Shown one piece after another: positions 8,116 through 17,116 of a stretch of 64,000 bases of DNA (position 1 is its first letter; every line of letters starts with the position of its first letter). The DNA lies in NCBI GenBank assembly GCA_966250015.1, contig CBINFS010000015.1:6608-70607 (forward strand), written 5' to 3'. Below the pieces are notes generated by a model, which saw only the letters and a list, made by a program, of their open reading frames with translations, was not told the DNA's origin and did no database searches. The DNA comes from an uncultured bacterium (GTDB taxonomy: Bacteria; Bacteroidota; Rhodothermia; Rhodothermales; DASSAV01). The position numbers and the translations under genes were made by a program.

Positions 8116-10581
8116 ATGCCCAAATCCGTTGTTGTCGATCCGAACAGGGTACGCCGTGCAGGTGTGTTAAAGACCCGTGACATTCCCCTGAACCAGTACG
8201 TACCCGATGTACAGGTTGAGATCGCCCGATATGGCCGGGATGGACTGAAGAAAGTCTATCACGACATGCTCGTCATCCGAGAGTTTGAGACGATGCTCGA
8301 TAACATCAAACGGCAGGGCTCGTATCTGGGTATCGAGTACACGCACGCAGGACCGGCTCACCTATCAATCGGACAGGAAGCCACGGCCGTCGGACAGGCG
8401 CTGCCACTCGGCGTGGAAGATTTCATCTTCGGGTCTCATCGAAGCCACGGCGAGATCCTGGCCAAGTGCCTCTCGGCGATCGATAAGCTCGACGACGAGA
8501 CCCTCATGCACATCATGGAAACCTACATGGACGGCGCCCCCCTCCGCGTCGTCGAGAAGGGGCATCAGGGTTCCGTGAAAGACCTCGCCATCGACTACGT
8601 GCTGTACGGCACTTTGGCGGAAATCTTCGCGCGGGAGAATGGCTTCAACAAAGGCCTCGGCGGATCGATGCACGCCTTCTTTGCGCCCTTCGGCAGCATG
8701 CCGAACAACGCCATCGTCGGAGGATCGGCCGACATCGCGGTCGGTTCGGCACTGTTCAAACGGGTCAACCGCAAACCCGGCATCGTCATCGCCAACATCG
8801 GTGACGCCTCTTCCGGGTGCGGGCCGGTGTGGGAAGGGATCATGTTCGCCGCAATGGACCAGTACCGAACCCTCTGGGATAAGGAGGTCGGCGGCGCCCC
8901 CCCCATCCTGTTCAACTTCATCAACAACTTCTACGGCATGGGTGGTCAGCCGGAAGGCGAAACCATGGGGTTCGGCATCCTCGCTCGCCTCGGCGCTGGC
9001 GTGAACGAAGAGGCCATGCACGCCGAACGGGTGGACGGTTACAACCCGTTTGCCGTGGCCGACGCGGTCTCTCGCAAAAAGGAGCTTCTCCTGGAAGGCC
9101 GCGGCCCCGCCATGCTCGACGTCGTCACCTACCGTATTTCCGGGCACTCGCCCTCCGATGCCTCCTCCTACCGCACCAAGGAGGAAGTGACGCTCTGGCT
9201 TGAGCACGACTGCGTACAGACGTATGGTAAGTACCTGTTGGACAATGAGGTCGCCACGAGTAACGACATCGAGGAAGTCAAAAATGAGATAACCGAACGG
9301 ATCCGGAAAGCCCTGAGCCTCGCAACCTCCGACGAGATTTCGCCGCGAATAGACACGTCGAAGGGAGATCCCATTGGAGACTTCATGTTCTCCAATAAGA
9401 CGCGTGCTAAAATGGCCGAGGGAGAGCCCGAGGTTCTCATTCCCAAGGAGGAGAACCCGAGGGTTCAGGCGAACGCCCGGAAGTCTCGCTCCGCTTTTGA
9501 TGAAAACGGGCAGCCGCTGCCCAAATCAAAGGTCCTGTCGCTCCGCGACGCCATTTTCGAAGCGATTCTCGACGGCTTCTACACCGATCCAACGATGATT
9601 GCCTTCGGTGAAGAGAACCGCGACTGGGGTGGCGCCTTCGCCGTCTACCGAGGTCTCACCGAAGCCTTACCCTACCACCGCCTGTTCAACTCGCCCATTT
9701 CGGAAGGTGCGATCGTAGGAGCAGCCGTAGGGTATGCCCTGAGCGGCGGACGCGTCGTGGCCGAGCTGATGTACTGTGACTTCATGGGCCGCGCCGGCGA
9801 CGAGATCTTCAACCAGATGTCGAAGTGGCAGGCCATGTCGGCCGGCGTGCTCGAAATGCCCCTCGTGCTCCGCGTATCGGTCGGCAGCAAATATGGCGCG
9901 CAACATTCACAGGACTGGACGTCCATCGTCGCGCACATCCCCGGCTTGAAGGTATACTTCCCGGCCACGCCGTACGACGCCAAGGGAATGATGAACCTGG
10001 CCCTTCGGGGCACCGATCCGGTCGTGTTCTTCGAAAGCCAGCGGCTCTACGACATTGGCGAAATGTTCGTGCCGGGCGGTGTTCCGGAAGGGTTCTACGA
10101 GATCGAGGAGGGAATGCCGGCGGTTCGCCGGGAGGGCAGCGATCTGACGATCCTGACGATCGGGGCCACCCTCTACCGTGCACTCGAAGCAGCCGACGAG
10201 CTCCAGCAGAAGTACGGTCTGTCTGCCGAAGTGATAGACGCCCGGTTCATCAACCCGCTCAACTACGACCCGATCGTGGCGTCCGTCGAAAAGACCGGCA
10301 AGCTGTTGCTGGCTTCGGACGCCGTAGAGAGAGGCTCGTTCCTCAACACGATCGCGGCTGAGGTCACGCAGCTAGCATTCGACGCGCTCGACGGTCCGGT
10401 CGTCGTGGTGGGCAGCCGGAACTGGATCACACCGGCAGCCGAGATGGAGTCGAGCTTCTTCCCGCAGAAGGAGTGGATCATCGACGCCATCCACGAGCGT
10501 TTGCTACCGTTACCCGGCCACGTGGTAACAACCAACCAGAGCCTCGACGAAAAGCGCAGAAGAAACCGATTGGGCGTCTGA
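8116..10581 (+). CDS. Fused E1 alpha/beta TPP-dependent dehydrogenase
   Basis: [18 protein letters not shown]-binding GDA...NN, YRISGHS, and beta-part [12 protein letters not shown] and GAQHSQ. Confidence 0.92.
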   Translation: MPKSVVVDPNRVRRAGVLKTRDIPLNQYVPDVQVEIARYGRDGLKKVYHDMLVIREFETMLDNIKRQGSYLGIEYTHAGPAHLSIGQEATAVGQALPLGVEDFIFGSHRSHGEILAKCLSAIDKLDDETLMHIMETYMDGAPLRVVEKGHQGSVKDLAIDYVLYGTLAEIFARENGFNKGLGGSMHAFFAPFGSMPNNAIVGGSADIAVGSALFKRVNRKPGIVIANIGDASSGCGPVWEGIMFAAMDQYRTLWDKEVGGAPPILFNFINNFYGMGGQPEGETMGFGILARLGAGVNEEAMHAERVDGYNPFAVADAVSRKKELLLEGRGPAMLDVVTYRISGHSPSDASSYRTKEEVTLWLEHDCVQTYGKYLLDNEVATSNDIEEVKNEITERIRKALSLATSDEISPRIDTSKGDPIGDFMFSNKTRAKMAEGEPEVLIPKEENPRVQANARKSRSAFDENGQPLPKSKVLSLRDAIFEAILDGFYTDPTMIAFGEENRDWGGAFAVYRGLTEALPYHRLFNSPISEGAIVGAAVGYALSGGRVVAELMYCDFMGRAGDEIFNQMSKWQAMSAGVLEMPLVLRVSVGSKYGAQHSQDWTSIVAHIPGLKVYFPATPYDAKGMMNLALRGTDPVVFFESQRLYDIGEMFVPGGVPEGFYEIEEGMPAVRREGSDLTILTIGATLYRALEAADELQQKYGLSAEVIDARFINPLNYDPIVASVEKTGKLLLASDAVERGSFLNTIAAEVTQLAFDALDGPVVVVGSRNWITPAAEMESSFFPQKEWIIDAIHERLLPLPGHVVTTNQSLDEKRRRNRLGV

Positions 10582-10635
10582 TAAGCTGACTTGGAAATCG
10601 ACCCGTCGGGCATCCGTGGATTGCCCGGCGGGCAC

Positions 10636-11841
10636 TTACCGGATCAACGAAGCGATCTCCTCCGCTTCTTCTTTACCGGCACCCTGTTCGATCCACATGC
10701 GGGTGAGAAACCCGCTATCGATCGGACGTTCCTGCTCTTCAAGCAAAGCGACGGCAGCCTGTGTCCCCTTTATGAAGCGCTCGGGATGGATTCCAGCCTC
10801 TCGTGCCCGCCGTATGGTGCCGATCAGCCGGTCGTCCCAGGCGAGCTTTCGGAGCGGGTCACGCGTGAGTCGTTCGGCCGTATCGCGGAGGTATGGGTTC
10901 AACATACGGTTGAGGAGGTCTTCCGCATACGCCGTATACCCTTCCGGCGTAAAAAGCGGGTCCACACCTTGATGCCGGTGGATCATCGCACCCCCTGACT
11001 CCACTAGGAAAGCTTCCCTGATTGTTGCTAAAAGGCCAGGGTCCTTCGTTGCTTCGTAGGCATACCGGTATCCCCTCTGCAAACACTGGTACCCGAGAAG
11101 CGCGTGCGTCGCGTTGTGGCCGTACAGCTTGGCCTCTTCAAAGGGCAACAGGTCCTCCTTCTCGATAAAAACCTTGATCCCCCTGTCAAAACCCGGCAGC
11201 TTGATCGAAGAGATGAGAATCCTGTTGAATGCCTCGACGAGAAAAGCGCTGGTGCTGTCTTCCGTGACGGGAGCGAGACCCTCGCTTTTGATTCGGTCAG
11301 GGTCCGTTACCACACCGCTCATCTTACCGATCACGGTGTTGAGGATCTGGACACGCTTTCCCAGAAGATCTTGACTATCCCTGAGATACTTCGACAGGTC
11401 GGCATGTAACCGTTCGGCCGCGTGGTTATTGTTCTCGGCCGTATAAATGATTGCATTCGGAAGGCGAGGATCCGACAGCTTGAGGGCGAGTCCCTCGGCG
11501 AGAATTCGGGCCACCGAAGCCTCTCCCCTGTCGTAGAAGTCAACCGACGGCAGCGCGGTTGCAAGCTCCTTTGCCTGTCCGACGGCCTCGACGAGGCGAT
11601 CCCTGTCGGAGGGCTCGAGCGGGTTGTACACCTCGATCCCCACTATCGTATGGATCTCGATTCCGGTAAACGTTGCGACGTTGACCGTACACCGTCCGCT
11701 CCGACGAATCGCTTCAACGACCTGGGGATTCACTTCTGAAGCGACGAGCCTGTCGAAGTTACCCGACGTAAAAGCTTCTTGAAAAAATAGACCACTCTGA
11801 ATGGCGCCGAGACCAAAACCGACAAATACCCTGGAAGCCAT
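10636..11841 (-). CDS. Mannitol(-1-phosphate) dehydrogenase (MtlD)-like long-chain polyol dehydrogenase
   Basis: GFGLGAIQSG nucleotide-binding motif, TAENN, NTVIGKM, EAKLYGHNATHA and RDPLRKLAWDDRLIG. Confidence 0.75.
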   Translation of the reverse strand: MASRVFVGFGLGAIQSGLFFQEAFTSGNFDRLVASEVNPQVVEAIRRSGRCTVNVATFTGIEIHTIVGIEVYNPLEPSDRDRLVEAVGQAKELATALPSVDFYDRGEASVARILAEGLALKLSDPRLPNAIIYTAENNNHAAERLHADLSKYLRDSQDLLGKRVQILNTVIGKMSGVVTDPDRIKSEGLAPVTEDSTSAFLVEAFNRILISSIKLPGFDRGIKVFIEKEDLLPFEEAKLYGHNATHALLGYQCLQRGYRYAYEATKDPGLLATIREAFLVESGGAMIHRHQGVDPLFTPEGYTAYAEDLLNRMLNPYLRDTAERLTRDPLRKLAWDDRLIGTIRRAREAGIHPERFIKGTQAAVALLEEQERPIDSGFLTRMWIEQGAGKEEAEEIASLIR

Positions 11842-12054
11842 TAAATACCACTATATAAATCGCACCCCCTGATGGCCGGAACCCCACGCCCGGTCATCAA
11901 TTACCCGGGGCAACAATATATTCGGAGGAAGCCACGATTCAAATTTTTGGTACGATCCGGGAGGCGAATTCGTCGGAGGTTTTCTTTTACTTACCGGGGC
12001 TAGGGGTTATTTTGGATTAGGCAAATAGATGGGCCAGGGATGAAAGGCAGCCAC

Positions 12055-12161
12055 AAAAAAAGAGCACCGGTAGTTTGTCTGTTTGCTGAGTCCGAAATCG
12101 CCTTGGGCACCAGACCCAGAGCTACTTCAGGCTCGGAGATAAGACACTTACCGATGCTCTC
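12055..12161 (-). ncRNA. Candidate ~105-nt structured small RNA with U7 tail
   Basis: Long imperfect inverted repeat (12061-12074 with 12146-12160), A7 on the + strand at 12055-12061 (U7 on the - strand), and a sigma70-like promoter immediately upstream on the - strand. Confidence 0.55.
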
Positions 12162-12167
12162 GGTAAT

Positions 12168-12196
12168 ATAATACTAGGACGACCAGTCGAACGCAA
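12168..12196 (-). promoter_or_regulatory. sigma70-like promoter for the candidate sRNA
   Basis: Minus strand reads TTGCGT (12196-12191), 17-bp spacer, TATTAT (12173-12168), then about 6 nt to the hairpin start. Confidence 0.55.
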
Positions 12197-12275
12197 TCAG
12201 CACATTGCTTAAGTATTTGTACGTGGTTCCCCTACATTCTAGGGAATTTCGACCTCCGGGTACCATTGATTTAAG

Positions 12276-12782
12276 ATGGGCACGACAGTCAAATACCAGA
12301 ATACCAAGATCGACGCCACCGAGTCGGCGACGGAGATCGCCGCATTGATCCGGCAGCATGGAGGTACCCGCTTCGAAATGATCTGGGACGACGACGGAGA
12401 GCTCGAAGCCATCCGCTTTGCCATCCGGGTCGAAGACATGGGGGAAGTACCCGTTCGATTAGGGGTTCAGACCCGGCGCATATTCGAGCAGTTGTGGAAG
12501 TCGAACCTGGGTGGATCGGTGTACGACGAAGAACGGCACGACCTCATTCGCAAGCAGGCCAACCGGATCGCCTGGCGTAACCTAAAAGATTATCTCGAGC
12601 GCGCCCTCCAGACCGTCGAAAGCGGGCTTCTCCCCTTGTTTGAGGTCTTTATGGCACACATAGAGGTCTGGGACGACCTGGCTGGAAAGAACGTCACGAT
12701 GAGTGAGTACATGATTCGTCGCGCCCACACGCTCAAGGATGGTAGGGGTATCTCACTCAATCCGGCAAAAAAAGACTCGTGA
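12276..12782 (+). CDS. Hypothetical protein resembling a family recalled from phage/prophage genomes
   Basis: 168 aa. TKIDATESATEIAALIRQHG and QANRIAWRNLKDYLERALQTVESGLLPLFEVFMAH recall a phage hypothetical pattern (recall only, not searched). Confidence 0.6.
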   Translation: MGTTVKYQNTKIDATESATEIAALIRQHGGTRFEMIWDDDGELEAIRFAIRVEDMGEVPVRLGVQTRRIFEQLWKSNLGGSVYDEERHDLIRKQANRIAWRNLKDYLERALQTVESGLLPLFEVFMAHIEVWDDLAGKNVTMSEYMIRRAHTLKDGRGISLNPAKKDS

Positions 12783-12829
12783 AACTTGCTTCATCTTTAC
12801 ACCCCACAAGTTTTGACAGGTATTTACTT

Positions 12830-13723
12830 ATGTCACCTTCGATAAGGATTGCCGCACTTGTCCTTTTTTCACTTGTTTTGTCTGCCTGCGCCGGCACGCC
12901 CGCTACGTCAACGAGAAGCCTGGAAGATGAAAGCAGTCAGACTTCGACAGTTCGGATTATGACCTACAACATCCGGCTCAATACCCCGGCGGATGGCGAG
13001 AACGCCTGGCCCGAACGGAAAGACCGGGTGGCGGGACTGATTCGGTTCCACGCACCGGACTTGCTCGGCGTACAGGAAGCGATGAAGATCCAGCTCGACG
13101 ACCTTGAAGCCCGGCTGCCCGAGTACGGTTGGACGGGCGTCGGCCGTGACGATGGCAAAGAAGGGGGCGAATATTCGGCCATCCTCTACCGGAAGGACCG
13201 CTTCGAGATGATCGACGGTGGGACGTTCTGGTTATCGGAGACGCCGGAAGCGCCCGGAAGCAAGGGGTGGGATGCCGCCCTGCCGCGCATCGCCACCTGG
13301 GCGCGATTCAGAGACAGGGCGTCGGGCAAGACCCTTCTGCACGTCAACACACACTTCGACCACCGCGGGGAGACGGCTCGTACCGAAAGCGCCCGGCTCC
13401 TGAGCCAGCGTATTCCGGAGATGGCGGGCGACCTTCCCATCTTCCTCACCGGCGACATGAACTCGGAACCCACGACGGAAGCCTACAGTGTTCTCACAGG
13501 CTTCCTTTCCGACGCTTACGTTTTGGCCGGTGAAGCCAAACGGTATGGCCCGGAATTTACGTTCACCGGGTTTGCCGTGAGCGACCGGCAGGGCCCACGA
13601 ATCGATTACATACTGGTAAGCGAAGGCATATCGGTCGATCGATATGGCGTGCTCACCGACCAGTACATGGGCTTTTACCCTTCGGACCACCTACCCGTCG
13701 TTGCTGACGTCGTAGTCCCATAA
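12830..13723 (+). CDS. Endonuclease/exonuclease/phosphatase family lipoprotein
   Basis: Lipobox LVLSAC; MTYNIR, GVQEA, NTHFDH, TGDMNS, RIDYI and PSDHLPV motifs; start set at ATG 12830. Confidence 0.92.
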   Translation: MSPSIRIAALVLFSLVLSACAGTPATSTRSLEDESSQTSTVRIMTYNIRLNTPADGENAWPERKDRVAGLIRFHAPDLLGVQEAMKIQLDDLEARLPEYGWTGVGRDDGKEGGEYSAILYRKDRFEMIDGGTFWLSETPEAPGSKGWDAALPRIATWARFRDRASGKTLLHVNTHFDHRGETARTESARLLSQRIPEMAGDLPIFLTGDMNSEPTTEAYSVLTGFLSDAYVLAGEAKRYGPEFTFTGFAVSDRQGPRIDYILVSEGISVDRYGVLTDQYMGFYPSDHLPVVADVVVP

Positions 13724-13727
13724 GGCC

Positions 13728-14627
13728 TTACGGCAGGCCGTATTCGCGCATTTTCTGCCGGAGGAATCGAGCCGAAAGGTCGAGGTGCGTCATCCCGTTT
13801 TTGGGGTCCTGACCGTCTTCGATGGAGATCCATCCCGTAAAACCGGCATCCCGTAGCGTCGCGAATATCCGGTCGTAGTCGTTCATTCCCTGCCCGATGA
13901 CGCCGTGCATGAGGATCGACGCGTATCCGGTTTGCGGGTCGGCTTCCATCCTGCGCAGATCGTCGAGGGTCCCTCCTTCCAGGTACCGGTCGCTTGCGTG
14001 CATCGTAACGACACGATCCTTGACTGCCTCCAGTAATTCGTACGGGTCGTCGCCGGCCACCACGGCGTTCGAGGGGTCGTAGTTGACGCCGAAGTTCGGA
14101 TGCGTGCCCACAGCGTCGAGCACGTCGAGGAACACGTCCATCTTCTGGGCAAACTCGGGATACTGCCAGTAGCCGTCCTTGTAATGATTCTCGAGGATGA
14201 GGGTCACCCCGTGATCTGCGGCAAACGGAAGAACTTCGCGAATGGCAGCCGCCACCCATTCAACTCCTTGCTCACGGCTAACCTCAGGACGGCGTTGTCC
14301 AGTCAACACACGGCAGTACTTCCCCCCTAGTTGCGCCGTTGCGGCAATTGCCTTTTTCTGCTCCTCGACTTCTTGCGCTCGCTCCATCGGATCGGGCTTC
14401 GTGAAGTCCGATGAATAGCACATCATCGGGATCGACCGCCCTCTCTCTTCCACCATCCGACGCACCCGATCCAGCTCTTCCGGGTTCTGGGGCGTAAAGC
14501 CCCAGTAAAACTCGAGCCCGTCGACGTCAAGCTCGTCCGACAACAGGATCCATTCATCCAGCGTCATCTCGCCGGTAACGCAGAGCTGGTCGAGAAAACA
14601 CTTCGGGAAGACGGCCAGGGGCATCAC
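13728..14627 (-). CDS. Sugar phosphate isomerase/epimerase (xylose-isomerase-like TIM barrel, AP_endonuc_2)
   Basis: Metal ligands ILENH, NYDPSN, TMHASD and ISIEDG. Confidence 0.85.
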   Translation of the reverse strand: MMPLAVFPKCFLDQLCVTGEMTLDEWILLSDELDVDGLEFYWGFTPQNPEELDRVRRMVEERGRSIPMMCYSSDFTKPDPMERAQEVEEQKKAIAATAQLGGKYCRVLTGQRRPEVSREQGVEWVAAAIREVLPFAADHGVTLILENHYKDGYWQYPEFAQKMDVFLDVLDAVGTHPNFGVNYDPSNAVVAGDDPYELLEAVKDRVVTMHASDRYLEGGTLDDLRRMEADPQTGYASILMHGVIGQGMNDYDRIFATLRDAGFTGWISIEDGQDPKNGMTHLDLSARFLRQKMREYGLP

Positions 14628-15409
14628 ATTTCCTTGTTTGGGTTCCGGCCCAACATGGGATATTGCTCGATCTCGTAAACTGTACCAGTCGCCGGGCCCG
14701 AGGCGTCGGAGAGCCAGAATACGATGTGTCGCGCGACCTCGTCCGGTTCGAATATCCGGCCAAACGGAGCGTAGCTTGGCGGCAGATCATACTCCCAGCC
14801 CTTCGGTAAGCCCTCCGACTCCTTCAGCTTCCGCTCGTTTTCGGTGAGCGTCCACCCCACGTTGATCTGATTGATTCGGATACGTTCGGTACTGTAGCGG
14901 TCGGCCAGGTTCCTCGTCATGGTCATCAACCCGCCTTTCGACATTGAATAAACGAGCAGGTTGGGCTCCCCGCAGAAGGCGTTTACGGAGCCGATATTGA
15001 CTACCGAGCCCCCTCCCTGGCGGCGAAAGTGGGGCAGCGCCTCCTTGATCAGGAGCATGGGCATGCGCAGGTTTACCGCGATGATCCTGTCGAATGTCTC
15101 CACGTCGACGTTTTCGAGGTTACATCGCGTGGTGAGTGCCGCGTTGTTGACGAGCCCGTCGAGGCGGCCAAACCGCTCGACGACGGCATTGACCAGTCCC
15201 GGTGCGCTTTTCGGATCTGTGAGGTCCGCAATGAAAAAGGCGGCCGCCACGCCGAGGTCCGCAACGACTTTTTCTGCACGTTCACGGTCCCGACCATGTA
15301 CCATGACCCGGGCTCCTTCTGCCACACACCGCCTGGCGACGGCCTCGCCAATACCGGTCGTCGAACCGGTGACGAGGACGACTTTATCTTTCAAGAGTGA
15401 TTGCTCCAT
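14624..15409 (-). CDS. SDR family oxidoreductase
   Basis: TGSTTGIG, VNNAA, NIGS and YSMSKGG; start set at MEQSLLKDK (15409). Confidence 0.9.
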   Translation of the reverse strand: MEQSLLKDKVVLVTGSTTGIGEAVARRCVAEGARVMVHGRDRERAEKVVADLGVAAAFFIADLTDPKSAPGLVNAVVERFGRLDGLVNNAALTTRCNLENVDVETFDRIIAVNLRMPMLLIKEALPHFRRQGGGSVVNIGSVNAFCGEPNLLVYSMSKGGLMTMTRNLADRYSTERIRINQINVGWTLTENERKLKESEGLPKGWEYDLPPSYAPFGRIFEPDEVARHIVFWLSDASGPATGTVYEIEQYPMLGRNPNKEM

Positions 15410-15411
15410 TT

Positions 15412-16206
15412 TCAAAACGGGGTTTTCTCTGTTACGGGACCGATCCATACGGGGTGATCGGGATACTTGACCTTCATGTAAGCGCGGAAAAGTTCGGGGT
15501 CTTCGGCGTTGAACTCGAACATGTCGTAGTGTGTCGGCACCGTCAGCTTAACCCGCAACCCGCCAACCAGGTCTGCCGCTTCCTGATAGGTCATATTACC
15601 CTTGACGTCATCCTGCAAGCGCCGGGCATCACGCCCGTTGATCGGTACCATGGCCACGTCAAACGACCAGCGCGATAGACGCTTCTGAAGCCCCTCCCAC
15701 CATACCGTATCGCCCGCATGGTAAAGGCATTTCTTTGCCCCTTCAAGCACGTAGCCAAGGTAGGGGAAGTGGCCTACCGGAGTTGGATCGAAAAACTCGT
15801 GTGAGGCCTTAATGGCATGTACGGTCAGGCCTTCAAACCTGAGCTTTTCGCCGTCGTTGAGCCCTTCGTACCGCTTTTTCGGAACACCCAGCCCGTACAT
15901 CTTGTCCGTGTGGGCGATCGGTGCAATAAAAAGCGCGTCTGTTTTCTGTGCAAGTCCCGATATTGCAACGGGGTCCATGTGGTCCAGGTGATCGTGGGTA
16001 CAGAGCACCAGTGAGACGATTCCCTCTGCATCTTCAGGCTTAAAAAGAGGAGGCACCCGCCGCCCCTCCACCGGGCTAAGGAAGGGATCGATCAAAAGTA
16101 CCACGCTGCCTAGCTTGACGATAAAGCTGTGCTGTCCGAGCCACCAGAAAGCAGCCCGGTCGGAGCAGGTTTTCACCTCTTCGAATAACGAGCGTCCCGT
16201 CACCAT
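15412..16206 (-). CDS. MBL-fold metallo-hydrolase, UlaG (L-ascorbate-6-P lactonase)-like
   Basis: WWLGQHSF, THDHLDHMD (HxHxDH), HAGDT, PINGRD and PTHYDMF. Confidence 0.85.
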   Translation of the reverse strand: MVTGRSLFEEVKTCSDRAAFWWLGQHSFIVKLGSVVLLIDPFLSPVEGRRVPPLFKPEDAEGIVSLVLCTHDHLDHMDPVAISGLAQKTDALFIAPIAHTDKMYGLGVPKKRYEGLNDGEKLRFEGLTVHAIKASHEFFDPTPVGHFPYLGYVLEGAKKCLYHAGDTVWWEGLQKRLSRWSFDVAMVPINGRDARRLQDDVKGNMTYQEAADLVGGLRVKLTVPTHYDMFEFNAEDPELFRAYMKVKYPDHPVWIGPVTEKTPF

Positions 16207-16226
16207 GACGATGGTTATTTATGGTG

Positions 16227-16261
16227 CAAAGGGCGAAGCCGAAAGCCGACCCCGCCCTTTG
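16227..16261. repeat. Intercistronic inverted repeat (hairpin)
   Basis: CAAAGGGCG at 16227-16235 and CGCCCTTTG at 16253-16261 form a perfect 9-bp stem between the DUF1080 and MBL genes. Confidence 0.5.
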
Positions 16262-16291
16262 ACCCGTTGAATTCTGGTCTTGGTAGTTTCC

Positions 16292-17053
16292 TCAGACCGG
16301 GGGCTCCTGTCCGCCGAGTGGGCGAATTTTGATGTTACGGTACCACACCGGATCGCCATGATCCTGGAGCGCGATGTGTCCTGACGTCGCCATGCCGTAA
16401 CCAGGCATTTCGTTGAACTTGCTCGCGGCAACACGCTGCTTCCAGTCGTCGCTACCGAGCTCGTACTCGACGATTTTTTCACCGTTGAGCCAGTGTTCGA
16501 CGTGATTCCCATTCACGACGAGGCGCACGTGGTTCCACTCGCCACCCGGCTTGGCCACTTCTGCCGGAACGGGGTGGATCGCGTAGTTGGCGCCGGCATA
16601 ACGATCCGGGCCGTTCTGGGCGTCGGGATGGCAGGTATTGTCGAGCACCTGCATCTCAGGGCCAGTCTCCCAAGGCGCCCTGTGTTCGCCTTCGACAACG
16701 CGATAGATGATGCCGCTGTTGCCACATTCACCGATCTTCCAGTCCAGCTCGAGCTCGAAATTGTCGTATTGATCGATCGTGATGATGTCGCCACCCTCGC
16801 CTTCCTCGGCGCCGGTAAAATGAATCGCGTTGTCGTCGATGATCCACTTGGATGGAATGTCAGCGCGCTGAAAACCACGCCACTTCGTGATTTCCTGGCC
16901 GTCGAAAAGGAGCTGCCAGCCCTCAGCCTCCTCCTCTGCTGTAAGTGTGTTCGGTTCCGGTTCGACGGGCGCTTTCGGCCTACAGCCCGACAGTCCGACA
17001 AAAAGAACCAGTAAGGCAATAGTGGTGCCTTGTAAGAGTTTTCTGGGTGTCAT
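16292..17053 (-). CDS. DUF1080 (3-keto-glycoside hydrolase family) lipoprotein
   Basis: Lipobox GLSGC; LLFDG, NSGIIY, GPEMQVLD, GEWNH and GHIALQDHGDPVWYRNIKIR. Confidence 0.9.
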   Translation of the reverse strand: MTPRKLLQGTTIALLVLFVGLSGCRPKAPVEPEPNTLTAEEEAEGWQLLFDGQEITKWRGFQRADIPSKWIIDDNAIHFTGAEEGEGGDIITIDQYDNFELELDWKIGECGNSGIIYRVVEGEHRAPWETGPEMQVLDNTCHPDAQNGPDRYAGANYAIHPVPAEVAKPGGEWNHVRLVVNGNHVEHWLNGEKIVEYELGSDDWKQRVAASKFNEMPGYGMATSGHIALQDHGDPVWYRNIKIRPLGGQEPPV

Positions 17054-17116
17054 GTACGAAACCTCTTGTTAGGTGTGATGATGTTTGTAATTAACACATA
17101 AGTTGATGAATATCAA

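Noticed and set aside
8365-9207. 280-aa antisense ORF inside the E1 gene
   Set aside because: Shadow ORF from GC-rich codon bias; no motifs
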